Positions 1 to 9,396 of a stretch of 64,000 nt of DNA are shown piece after piece; the first letter of the stretch is position 1, and each line of letters begins with the position of its first letter. The notes beneath the pieces are model-generated. The model worked only from the letters and a program-made list of their open reading frames with translations. It had not been told where the DNA came from and ran no database searches. Position numbers and translations under genes: made by a program. The stretch spans positions 1,088,001 to 1,152,000 of the forward strand of contig CBDFJF010000001.1 in NCBI GenBank assembly GCA_965248265.1, read 5' to 3'. This stretch comes from Candidatus Latescibacterota bacterium. GTDB lineage: Bacteria; Latescibacterota; UBA2968; UBA8231.

Positions 1-1474
1 GCAGTTCTTCTTCAAGGCCATGCACATCCGCCTGGAGTGGTTCGAGTACCCCGAGTACCACGACACCCTGGAGCGCGCCGCCGAACCGCTCACCGACGAC
101 ACCTGGCAAAGCTGGCACATCCTGCAGATCGTCAACATCGTCTCCAGCTTTTTCGCCACGGTCGGCGTCATGATCGCCCTCTCCGGTATCCACTGGAGTG
201 TTCCCATCATTCTCCTTGCAGGTGGGGTCGCCCTGCTTTACTCCCATGTTGCGCAAGAGCATCGCTTCATCGACGTCGAGCACAAACAAGCCTCGGCCCG
301 GCGGCGCAAGACCTATTGGGCCCAGCTCCTGACGGAGCGCCTGCCTGCTGTTGAGGTCAGGCTGTTCGGACTGGCCGATCACATTCTGACATCCTGGTGG
401 AATACGGCAGACCGGATGCTCCGGGAAAGGACGCGAGCCAGACTGCGCAACCTGAGAGTGGGAGCGCCCGGCATCATCGTCAGCATCGCCCTGTTCGGAG
501 GCGTTGTGGTATCGCTGGTGGTCGCCGCATCCAATGGTGCCGTCACCACCGGTGCCATCGTCGCTTACCTCTACATCGCCCAGAGTTACTCCCTGCAAAT
601 CAGCCAGCTTTCGTGGAGGGCGCGTGGGGTGCTCTCGTTCTTCGCCCACCTGCATTACGTCCGTCAGTTTCTCGCGCTGAAATCGCTGGAGCCGACCACT
701 GGTATAACGGCGCCAGCGCTACTCAATGGAATCGATTTCGAGCGGGTCAGTTTCGCCTACCCAGGAAGCGACCGGGCTGCCATTGATGCAATCGACCTGC
801 ACATCAGACCCGGTGAGAGTGTCGCCTTGGTCGGAGAGAACGGTGCCGGAAAAACAACCCTGGCGAAGCTGCTACTCGGACTCTATCAACCCACATCCGG
901 TGCCATCACCGTCGACGGAACCAACCTTTGCAGTCTCGATCCCGCCTCATGGCGCCAGTCCGTCGGCGCGGTGTTCCAGGACTTCGTACGGTATTCCGTC
1001 ACGGCCCGGGACAATATCGGCTTCGGATGGGTGGAACGGTTGGACGACCTCGAGACTGTGAGCCATGCGGCGACAATGAGCGGTGCTGCTGTATTCGTTG
1101 AGTCGCTTCCCGATGGGTACGACACCTTGCTCGGCAAGGAATTCGAAGGAGGTGTGGACCTGTCTCGTGGCCAATGGCAGGCACTCGCAATTGCCAGACT
1201 GTACCTGAGTGAGGCGCGGATTCTCGTGCTCGACGAACCCACGTCGGCACTGGACGCACTAGCCGAATTAGAGGTCTACCGGGAGTTCCTCAGCCTCTCC
1301 GAAAACAAGACGGTCGTACTCATCTCCCATCGCCTGGGATCGGCCCGCCTCGCTGACCGTATCGTATTCCTGGAGGAGGGCCGGGTAGTCGAAGAGGGCA
1401 CGCATGATGAGTTGATGGCGGCGACGGGACCCTACGCCCACCTGTTCGACATGCAGAGAGAGTGGTACCAGTGA
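1..1474 (+). CDS. ABC exporter, fused permease/ATPase (5' end probably outside the window)
   Basis: TM region followed by Walker A GENGAGKT, signature LSRGQ, Walker B ILVLDEPT, H-loop ISHRL. The frame is open back to the window edge. Confidence 0.9.
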   Translation, partial: QFFFKAMHIRLEWFEYPEYHDTLERAAEPLTDDTWQSWHILQIVNIVSSFFATVGVMIALSGIHWSVPIILLAGGVALLYSHVAQEHRFIDVEHKQASARRRKTYWAQLLTERLPAVEVRLFGLADHILTSWWNTADRMLRERTRARLRNLRVGAPGIIVSIALFGGVVVSLVVAASNGAVTTGAIVAYLYIAQSYSLQISQLSWRARGVLSFFAHLHYVRQFLALKSLEPTTGITAPALLNGIDFERVSFAYPGSDRAAIDAIDLHIRPGESVALVGENGAGKTTLAKLLLGLYQPTSGAITVDGTNLCSLDPASWRQSVGAVFQDFVRYSVTARDNIGFGWVERLDDLETVSHAATMSGAAVFVESLPDGYDTLLGKEFEGGVDLSRGQWQALAIARLYLSEARILVLDEPTSALDALAELEVYREFLSLSENKTVVLISHRLGSARLADRIVFLEEGRVVEEGTHDELMAATGPYAHLFDMQREWYQ

Positions 1475-3288
1475 GTGCAGACGCATCCACCCGGGATTCC
1501 GTAATCGGCCGTTGGCGGTACCTGCCGGGACTGCTCCGTCTATTGTGGCGATTGGGACCCGGAGAGGTTTCACTGATCGCGGTTGTTGCAGCCATCTCGG
1601 GTCTGGTACCTGTGGTTGCCCTCGCCGTGTTGCAGCGGCTGGTGGATTCCTTCGTGGACCTCATCGAGCGGGGGGCGGACACCAACAGGGCCCTGGTCTG
1701 GGTGGGTGTGTTTCTGGGAATCACCTTGTTGGAGCGGGTGGCTGAGGAACTCAACGACTGGTTGAGGGGGGACGTGGTGGCGCGCCTCATGACCAAGGTG
1801 GAAGGCGAACTCCTGGCGGTGGCTGGCAATCTGTCGCTGGCAAGATTCGAAAGTCCAGACTCCTATGACCGGCTGCACCGCGCGCAACGCGGACTCAATG
1901 AGCGCTTATACGGTAGCATGGACAGCCTCTTCGTACTGCCAACCGCCTTGGTTGCGGCGATCGGCGCTCTGGTCTACCTGGCCACGGCCCACCCGATCCT
2001 GCCTTTGGTACTCATCATCGGCATGGTTCCGGCGAACATCTATACGGGCAGAATATTCAAGAAGGTTTGGCTGCTCAGCAGCGCGCAAACCGGCGTTGAA
2101 CGGCGGGCCGAGTACCTTACCGATCTGATGACCCAAAGGGAGCCGGCTGCTGAGGTCCGGCTCTTTCGCCTCGGTGCTCACCTGATTGAATCCCGTAGAG
2201 CGTTGGTGAACAGACTCCGTCGCGAGCGCTTTGACCTGGCTGCAGAGCATCTGCGCAGAGTGACCTTTCACGCGTTGGCGGACCAGGTCGCCTTTGGAGC
2301 CGTCATCTCGGGAGTGCTGGCGATGATTCTGCGCGGGGCGCTGTCCGTCGGCCATTTTGCCTCACATTGGGCAGCCGCCCAGCGCTTCAAGCAGTACATG
2401 ATGTTGTCGATGAACAATGTCATGAGTGCGGATACCAATTTCATCTACATAGCCGACTTGATCGACTACCTCGAATCAGTGGAGTCTGAAGCAGCGCCCG
2501 AATCACTCGTCAGCGCTCGACGAAACAACGGCGGACACGAGATCGAGTTCCAGGGTGTGACCTTCGCCTACCCCGGCTCCGACGAGCTGGTTCTCGAGTC
2601 GCTTGACCTGACCATAAGATCAGGAGAGCGAATCGCGTTGGTGGGCAGAAACGGAGCGGGCAAGAGCACCCTCGCCAAGCTGCTGCTCGGGTTGTACCCG
2701 CCCACAACGGGGAGGATACTCGTCAACGGCACCGATCTAGCCGGGATCGATCCAGTGGAATGGCGGGAGGAGGCTTCCGCCGTCTTCCAGGACTACATGC
2801 GATTCGAGATCACGGCGCGGGACAACATCGTTTTCGGAGACCTGGCGAGGCGGGACGATCGGGGCGCGATGGAACTGGCTGCCGCGAAGAGCGGTGCAGC
2901 GGAGGTAATCTCCACCCTTCCGGGAGGCTTTGACACCATGCTCGGCAGGGCCTTCGACGAGACCGGTCAGGACATCTCCAGCGGTCAGTGGCAACGGCTC
3001 GCCAGCGCACGGGCCTATTTCCGCGACGCCTCCGTCCTCGTCCTCGACGAACCCACTGCCGCTCTGGACGCCAGGGCAGAGGTGGATGTCTACCGCCACT
3101 TCCGCGAACTCTCCCAGGGAAAGACTGTCCTGTTCATCTCCCACCGGCTTGGATCCGCACGGTTGGCCGACCGCATACTCTTCCTCGAAGAGGGTCGGAT
3201 TGTCGAGGATGGGACGCATCAAGAGCTGCTCGCTATTGGGGGCAGGTACTCCCACATCTACTCGGTGCAGGCGGAGTGGTACCGCTGA
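1471..3288 (+). CDS. ABC exporter, fused permease/ATPase (likely heterodimer partner)
   Basis: GRNGAGKS, ISSGQ, VLVLDEPT, ISHRL. GTG start at 1471 overlaps the upstream TGA (GTGA). Confidence 0.9.
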   Translation: MSADASTRDSVIGRWRYLPGLLRLLWRLGPGEVSLIAVVAAISGLVPVVALAVLQRLVDSFVDLIERGADTNRALVWVGVFLGITLLERVAEELNDWLRGDVVARLMTKVEGELLAVAGNLSLARFESPDSYDRLHRAQRGLNERLYGSMDSLFVLPTALVAAIGALVYLATAHPILPLVLIIGMVPANIYTGRIFKKVWLLSSAQTGVERRAEYLTDLMTQREPAAEVRLFRLGAHLIESRRALVNRLRRERFDLAAEHLRRVTFHALADQVAFGAVISGVLAMILRGALSVGHFASHWAAAQRFKQYMMLSMNNVMSADTNFIYIADLIDYLESVESEAAPESLVSARRNNGGHEIEFQGVTFAYPGSDELVLESLDLTIRSGERIALVGRNGAGKSTLAKLLLGLYPPTTGRILVNGTDLAGIDPVEWREEASAVFQDYMRFEITARDNIVFGDLARRDDRGAMELAAAKSGAAEVISTLPGGFDTMLGRAFDETGQDISSGQWQRLASARAYFRDASVLVLDEPTAALDARAEVDVYRHFRELSQGKTVLFISHRLGSARLADRILFLEEGRIVEDGTHQELLAIGGRYSHIYSVQAEWYR

Positions 3289-3291
3289 TGT

Positions 3292-4062
3292 TCATTCGCC
3301 CAGGTATTCAACACGGATGCTGTCCACTACTCCATCCGCCCTCAATTCGTCCAGCGCTTTGGTCAGTGGGTCCAGCACATTCGCGTCCGTAGAGAGATGA
3401 AACGCGTAGCCCATGTGGGACTCCTGTAAAATGAAGACACTCTCGTACTGTCCCGGATCAATGCCAGCACGCACGAAGCGATGCCTGGCAACGTCCTCAG
3501 CGTAAGCGATGGCCGTTACCTTACCTGTGCTCAACATCTTGATCATGTTCCCGGGGAAATGATTCCTGCGAATCGCTTCTTTCTTGACTCCCTCGGTACG
3601 AATCAATTGATCACCGATGTCATCACGCACAACGGCGACGGTCAACAGGTGAAGATCTTCCGCACTGTTGATGACGAACCCCCTGCTCGTATCTGCGATA
3701 ACGGCGACGCGTGTGGGAATTATCGGTCCGACAAACTTGAACTGCTTGAGTCGCTCAGTCGTATAAGTAGTTGAGAACAGTGCTGTTCCTGGCTTTTCCA
3801 GCACCTGCTTGTAGCCCAATGCCCATGGTAGGACCTTGATGTCCCCACGCTTCAGTCGGACACCGACCTTCTTGAACATGAGCATCAGGATGTCTACGGT
3901 GATCCCCTTCAACTCGCCATCCTTCTCGTCCACATAGTTGTAGGGAGGGTACTGCTCGGTCATCCATTGGGTAGCCTCGATCTTCCGCGCGATTTCCTCG
4001 GGCGAGAGCGCCATTGACTGGCTCGTCAGCACGAGTACCAGCAGTGCAATTGTCTTTGTCAC
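3292..4062 (-). CDS. Periplasmic solute-binding protein, family 3
   Basis: TEQYPPYNY, GITVDIL, LPW, ALDELRADG motifs. Signal-like N-terminus from GTG 4062 with purine-rich RBS; the ORF extension to 4302 looks spurious. Confidence 0.85.
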   Translation of the reverse strand: MTKTIALLVLVLTSQSMALSPEEIARKIEATQWMTEQYPPYNYVDEKDGELKGITVDILMLMFKKVGVRLKRGDIKVLPWALGYKQVLEKPGTALFSTTYTTERLKQFKFVGPIIPTRVAVIADTSRGFVINSAEDLHLLTVAVVRDDIGDQLIRTEGVKKEAIRRNHFPGNMIKMLSTGKVTAIAYAEDVARHRFVRAGIDPGQYESVFILQESHMGYAFHLSTDANVLDPLTKALDELRADGVVDSIRVEYLGE

Positions 4063-4305
4063 CGTGAGCCACCCTTCAGCGTGATGAGGAGGCACTGCAG
4101 CCGGATCCCCTGGCTGGGTCGCGTTCGCACTCCCCTTAAGTAGAACCATACTCTCTCGGTGGTCGCGGCACCAGAACCGTGATTGCCTCCGTGAGCTTGT
4201 CGAGTAACTGCCCACCCGACACCATTGTCCTGGAAGGTGCCCCCAGACTACCTTTAGGCCCGATGGGAGATACCATACATATTCGCTCCCGAAGGAGTAC
4301 AAGCA

Positions 4306-5388
4306 ATGTCTGACCGCGGCACCCCAACAGCGGACATATTGATCGTCGATGACACGTTAGCCAACTTGCGTCTGATGACAAGCATGTTGAGCGAGTCCGG
4401 CTACAAAGTTCGTGGGGTGCCAGATGGTGCGATGGCGCTCACTGCGGTTGCCAGCTCGCCTCCTGATCTGATTCTCCTCGACATCAATATGCCACAGATG
4501 AATGGATTCGAAGTCTGCCAGCGCCTGAAAGCCGATGAATCAACCGCCAATATCCCGGTCATTTTCATAAGTGCACTCGACGATACCAAGGATAAGGTAA
4601 ATGCGTTTACCGAGGGCGGCGTCGATTACATAACAAAACCCGTACAGGTGGAAGAGGTTCTGGCTCGCATTGAGACTCACCTGAATTTGAGAAGACTCCA
4701 GCATCAACTTCATCAGACGAATGAAGAACTAGAAAGCAGGGTCGAAGCACGCACAGCGGAACTGAAAACAACGTTAAAAGAGCGCGAGGTGCTGCTGCAG
4801 GAGGTTTACCACCGTGTCAAGAACAACATGCAGATCGTCTCCAGTCTTCTGGACCGCGAGTTAGATCAAATTGAAGACCCAGTCGCCCAGAATGTCCTGC
4901 AACAGACGCAGAGCCGCATTTACTCGATGGCGCTGGTGCATCAAGAGCTGTATCAATCCGGTGATCTGGCCGAGATCAATCTCGAGTCATACCTGTCGAG
5001 CCTCTCCTCCACCCTCTTCCAGTCCTATGGGGTTGATGAAGGCAGAATCGCCCTGGTCATTGACGTGGAGGATGTGACCTTCGACGTAGAGACGGCCATC
5101 CCACTTGGGTTAATCGTCAACGAGCTTGTTTCTAACGCGATCAAACATGCATTCCCCGATGACCGTCAGGGCCAGATTTCTATCGACTTCCATCGGACTG
5201 AACAGCATCAAGCCTTGTTGACGGTTAGCGACAACGGTTCCGGATTCGATGGAGCATTTGACGGGTTGCAATCGAAATCACTCGGACAACAATTGGTAAG
5301 CGATCTGACTCACCAGCTGGACGGAACCTTGGAAATTCGCAGCGACGAGGGTACCCAGTTCACGATCCGACTACCTTTAAGCGAGTAA
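4306..5388 (+). CDS. REC - HisKA_2-type histidine kinase
   Basis: Receiver (IVDD...LLD...KP), H-box [12 protein letters not shown]-box NELVSNAIKHAF, DNGSG. AAGGAG RBS. Confidence 0.92.
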   Translation: MSDRGTPTADILIVDDTLANLRLMTSMLSESGYKVRGVPDGAMALTAVASSPPDLILLDINMPQMNGFEVCQRLKADESTANIPVIFISALDDTKDKVNAFTEGGVDYITKPVQVEEVLARIETHLNLRRLQHQLHQTNEELESRVEARTAELKTTLKEREVLLQEVYHRVKNNMQIVSSLLDRELDQIEDPVAQNVLQQTQSRIYSMALVHQELYQSGDLAEINLESYLSSLSSTLFQSYGVDEGRIALVIDVEDVTFDVETAIPLGLIVNELVSNAIKHAFPDDRQGQISIDFHRTEQHQALLTVSDNGSGFDGAFDGLQSKSLGQQLVSDLTHQLDGTLEIRSDEGTQFTIRLPLSE

Positions 5389-5405
5389 GCGAAGGAGTAC
5401 CCCGC

Positions 5406-6356
5406 ATGGAAAAGACCCGGATACTGGTCGTTGAAGATGAGATTCTGGTGGCACGAGACCTTCAATCCAAGTTGCAGCGCACCGGCTACGACGTCCCCGA
5501 AATCGTCGACACCGGGGCCGGGGCCATCGACATGGCATCGGCACTGCAGCCCGGCCTGGTGTTGATGGATATCAGGATTAAAGGGAACATCGATGGGGTT
5601 GAAGCGGCCGAGCGCATCCGCGAAACACACAGAATTCCGGTGGTGTACCTGACTGCCTATGCCGATGACGCCACGGTCGCGAGAGCCAAGCTCACGACCC
5701 CATTCGGATATATTCTGAAGCCGTTCCAGCTCAAGGAGCTGAAAACGACCATCGAAATCGCGCTCTACCGCCATGAGATGGAAAGCGCCCTGCATGATGC
5801 CCACGCCAAGCTGGCGCGGCAGGTCGCCGAACTCGATGCGCGAGATCGACTCGTCCACTTCCAGATGTCCGGCCCAACCATGGCGCAGGCCTGGAGCCAG
5901 ATACTGGTGGTTTTCGACGAGGTTTTCCCCGCTCAGTTGTCCATGGTCTATTGGCCCGACGATAACAATGCCGTGCTTGAACCGGTTGCCGAATTCGAAA
6001 ATGACACTGAAACCGGCCCGGATGATGGAACGAAAGCAGCATTGTCTGTCGACGACGAAACACTGGTGGCCCAGGTTTTCCGGCAGGCTCAACCTCAAAG
6101 AGATGAAGCCGGAGACGAAGTGGCGGTGCCGATTGTATATCGTGACACGGTTATGGGAGTGATCTGGACTCGGAATGCGACCAAGGATGCCGTGATCGAT
6201 GATGACGTCGTTAACTCTCTGTGGCGCCTTGCCCAGCAAGCCGCGTTGCTACTCAGAATGGCCCGCGTTGGCGAGGATCTAAGCAGCGGCAACCTCGGCG
6301 TGAGTGAGCTCATCGCCCTCGCCTCTGGAGAGATCGATGGCCAAGAAGAGGAGTGA
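5406..6356 (+). CDS. Response regulator REC + coiled coil + GAF-like domain, no recognisable output domain
   Basis: VEDE, LVLMD, YLTA, KPF. C-terminal AVPIVY..VMGVIW..LWRLAQQAAL is GAF-like. AAGGAG RBS. Confidence 0.85.
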   Translation: MEKTRILVVEDEILVARDLQSKLQRTGYDVPEIVDTGAGAIDMASALQPGLVLMDIRIKGNIDGVEAAERIRETHRIPVVYLTAYADDATVARAKLTTPFGYILKPFQLKELKTTIEIALYRHEMESALHDAHAKLARQVAELDARDRLVHFQMSGPTMAQAWSQILVVFDEVFPAQLSMVYWPDDNNAVLEPVAEFENDTETGPDDGTKAALSVDDETLVAQVFRQAQPQRDEAGDEVAVPIVYRDTVMGVIWTRNATKDAVIDDDVVNSLWRLAQQAALLLRMARVGEDLSSGNLGVSELIALASGEIDGQEEE

Positions 6357-8583
6357 CTCCTCAAAGAAGCGGCATCTGGAGGAGACATCCAAGGCGCTGA
6401 TTGAGGAACTGAGCGACGAGGTCGGTAGCGTCGAGGAACCAGACGTTTCGTCGACGGATTCTCACCTCAGGGGATCCTTCGAGCGCACGGAGGCAGACCC
6501 CCAGGCTCGTTGGATCGCTGCCGGGTTGGGCTTGCCCGTCGAAGACCTTACGACCGACATTGCGGGCGAAGAAGCCGGCGATGACGCCGGACGCCTGTTC
6601 TATTTCCTGCCGCTGGGTGAAGCCAAGCTGGGCATCCGTTGGGACGCCCAGCGGGCCTATGTCATCTGGGAGAAGGATGTCAGGGATGAGTCAACACTCA
6701 CCTCTTTGTTGCGGGAATGTCCGATTGCATTCAACGAAACAGCCAACTTGGCGGGCGTCGGTCTGTCCACTGTGTCAGGCTCTACCCCGTGGATTTTGGT
6801 CTCCGAAGGTTCAGAACCGAAGGCCGCCAAATCCGAACCCATGGTGGTTACCAGTCTGAGTGATACAGATCCGGCTGACCTCGGGGTCTTGCGTGTAATG
6901 TCGACGCGACTGGCCCGGATTTTCGGTGAGGACAGTTTGGAACCGGACGCGCTCGATCATATTGAGGCGGTTGCGATCAGGCCGAATGAAACCGTCGCCC
7001 GCTCGGTGGTCACGCACGAAGGTAAAGCGGGATACGACATATTCGGCCGTGAAGTAGCGCCACCGCTGGACATGGGCGATGCACAGGTGCAGGTGGGGCC
7101 GAATCTCCTGGTGACAGCCGAAGGCGATTTCACGGCCATCGCCTACGGTTATCTCTGCTTATTGGGCGACCAGCTCTCCGTACTACCGCCTGTGTGGATC
7201 GACCCGGAGTGCATGCACGCGTACTGGCTCGTCCTCGACACCCGCGCCCACCCCCTGATCCCGGAGATGGTTCAACAGAACCTGGATGCTCTGGGAATCA
7301 ATTCCGGCGTACTCACGGACGCCATCGGCGAACTCGCCGAGGCGACATCCACGGGTCAACAGAAAAAAGCAGCGCACCTCGTTGCTCAAGGCCAGCCAAC
7401 CATTGAAGGTGAAGAGGCGCAATTCGAAACCCTCGTGGACGCGGAACGTCGCGTCGGCACCGAGAGAGAAGATGGATCCGTCGACTTCCATGAGATCAAC
7501 TACGCTCCGAACGCGGCACGCGGGCAGGCCGTGGCCTGTCGGACACCACTCGTCGAGGGCACCCACGGTTTCACCGTTAAAGGGACACATCTTCCCTGCC
7601 GCCGCATCGATGATTACCCCGTGCAGGCCGGCAAGAACGTCCGCGCTGAGACCAAAGATGAAGTCGAATACTTTTTTGCCGAAACCGACGGCTTGGTGCA
7701 ATTCAATGACGGTGTGCTGTCGATCGTCGAACTCCTCGTCATCGACGGCGACGTCGCGTTCTCGACCGGCAACCTGAGATTCATAGGCGAGGTTTTCATC
7801 GACGGGTCGGTCATTCAGGGATTCTCTGTGAAGGCAGGCGCGAACATTACAGTCACCGGAACGGTGGAGCCGGGAGCGACAGTGATGGCGAAAATGGACA
7901 TCACTATCGGCAAGGGCATCGTCGGTCGTAAGACGAAAATCCGTGCTGGTGGAAACCTGCGGGCACAGTTCGTCCAGGAAGCGGACGTTCGCGTCGTCGG
8001 CCACATCCAATTAGGCAACTACGCCTACCACGCCTCGCTCCGCGCCGGCGGCATGGTGTCGATCGCACAGGGCAAAGGGGGTAAGGGTGGCAGCATCATG
8101 GGCGGCGAGACCTGGGCCAGGACATTCATCGAAACCTACACGGCCGGGGCGCGAAACGGCACGGAGACGTCGCTGGTCGCAGGGTTGATCCCGGAGCAGG
8201 CAATGGAGCTGGACCGTCTGGATCGCAGCCTTGAGGCGACGGGCGCCCACATGGAACAGATTCTCGAACGGCTCGGACTTCCCTCCCTGGACGTAGGGCG
8301 TTTGCGTAGTCTGTTAAAGGCAGCCACGGGGCCCCAGAAAAACCTGTTGATCACGCGGACGAAGCAGCTCGGGGAGTTGGCCAAAGCACATCAAGAACTG
8401 ATGGCGAAGCGGGGGGAACTGCTGGCACAGCAGGGCCCGTCAGCGGAATTGGCGGAGATCCGTATCCGGGATAGAGCGCACACCGGCACTACCATACGGA
8501 TCGGGGATCAACAGAGAAAACTCATCTCGGAAGTAAGCGCACCGCGCTTTCACCTCAAGAACGACGAAATCGTAGAGCGATAA
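6337..8583 (+). CDS. FapA/DUF342 family protein with long N-terminal extension
   Basis: DGSVDFHE, GKNV, IDGDVAFSTGNLRFIGEVFIDGSV..GF.V.A.G.I.V.G beta-helix repeats, coiled coil, GTTIRIG tail. ATG 6337 follows GGAGAG. Confidence 0.85.
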   Translation: MAKKRSDSSKKRHLEETSKALIEELSDEVGSVEEPDVSSTDSHLRGSFERTEADPQARWIAAGLGLPVEDLTTDIAGEEAGDDAGRLFYFLPLGEAKLGIRWDAQRAYVIWEKDVRDESTLTSLLRECPIAFNETANLAGVGLSTVSGSTPWILVSEGSEPKAAKSEPMVVTSLSDTDPADLGVLRVMSTRLARIFGEDSLEPDALDHIEAVAIRPNETVARSVVTHEGKAGYDIFGREVAPPLDMGDAQVQVGPNLLVTAEGDFTAIAYGYLCLLGDQLSVLPPVWIDPECMHAYWLVLDTRAHPLIPEMVQQNLDALGINSGVLTDAIGELAEATSTGQQKKAAHLVAQGQPTIEGEEAQFETLVDAERRVGTEREDGSVDFHEINYAPNAARGQAVACRTPLVEGTHGFTVKGTHLPCRRIDDYPVQAGKNVRAETKDEVEYFFAETDGLVQFNDGVLSIVELLVIDGDVAFSTGNLRFIGEVFIDGSVIQGFSVKAGANITVTGTVEPGATVMAKMDITIGKGIVGRKTKIRAGGNLRAQFVQEADVRVVGHIQLGNYAYHASLRAGGMVSIAQGKGGKGGSIMGGETWARTFIETYTAGARNGTETSLVAGLIPEQAMELDRLDRSLEATGAHMEQILERLGLPSLDVGRLRSLLKAATGPQKNLLITRTKQLGELAKAHQELMAKRGELLAQQGPSAELAEIRIRDRAHTGTTIRIGDQQRKLISEVSAPRFHLKNDEIVER

Positions 8584-8585
8584 CC

Positions 8586-9380
8586 ATGAAACGACTTTTG
8601 GCGGTGATCGTGTTGCTCTCATCCTCGGGATCGCTTGGCCAGACATCGCCCGAATTGCTCGAGAAGATCGACGCGATCGACTGGATGACCGAGCAATACC
8701 CTCCTTTCAATTACGTCGATGAAGAAGACGGACAGTTGAAAGGTATTACTGTCGATATCCTGGTGGAGATGTTTAAGAAAGTCGGCGCCAAGACGACGCG
8801 TCAGGACCTCCGAGTCCTACCCTGGGCGCGCGGCTACAAGGCGCTCCTCGAGAAACCAGGCACCGCACTGTTCTCGACGACCTATACCTTCGAGCGACTT
8901 CAGCAGTTCAAGTTCGTGGGACCTGTAATACCAACGCGGGTATCAGTGATAGCCGACGCCACTAGCAAGATCGACGCCTTGGACGACCTGAACGAGTTGA
9001 AAATAGGTACTGTCAGAGACGACGTAGGTGATCAATTGATTCGCACCTTGGGCGTAGCCGATAGGGCGATCGAACAAAGCCATTCGGCGTACAATCTGGT
9101 ACAGATGCTTGCCAAAGGCAGGCTCGATGCCATCGTCTATGCGGAGGATATCGCGCGCTATCAGTTTGCCCGAGCGGGAATCGATTCAAGGCGGTATGAG
9201 ACAGTTCTTGTGCTGAAAAACTCACACATGGGATATGCCTTTCACAACTCCACTGACCCTCGAGTCCTCGAACCGCTGCGCAAATCGTTGGATGAACTCA
9301 GGGCAGATGGCACCGTCGACCGAATCTATTCCAGCTACATCAGAAGCTTGAATGCCGAGAGGCAAGGATCACATAAATGA
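8586..9380 (+). CDS. Periplasmic solute-binding protein, family 3 (close paralog of 3292-4062)
   Basis: Signal peptide. WMTEQYPPFNYVDE..GITVDIL..PGTALFSTTYT shared with the 3292 protein. Confidence 0.88.
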   Translation: MKRLLAVIVLLSSSGSLGQTSPELLEKIDAIDWMTEQYPPFNYVDEEDGQLKGITVDILVEMFKKVGAKTTRQDLRVLPWARGYKALLEKPGTALFSTTYTFERLQQFKFVGPVIPTRVSVIADATSKIDALDDLNELKIGTVRDDVGDQLIRTLGVADRAIEQSHSAYNLVQMLAKGRLDAIVYAEDIARYQFARAGIDSRRYETVLVLKNSHMGYAFHNSTDPRVLEPLRKSLDELRADGTVDRIYSSYIRSLNAERQGSHK

Positions 9381-9396
9381 TACTGATTACTCCGTG

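Noticed and set aside
4063-4305. sigma54 promoter or GATATATC enhancer upstream of FapA module 1
   Set aside because: Searched by eye; no correctly spaced consensus-like element or octamer pair was found, so the regulon claim covers module 2 only.
5310-6239. Long antisense ORFs (also 16025-17041, 31107-32201, 60830-61969)
   Set aside because: Shadows of well-supported genes on the opposite strand in GC-rich DNA.
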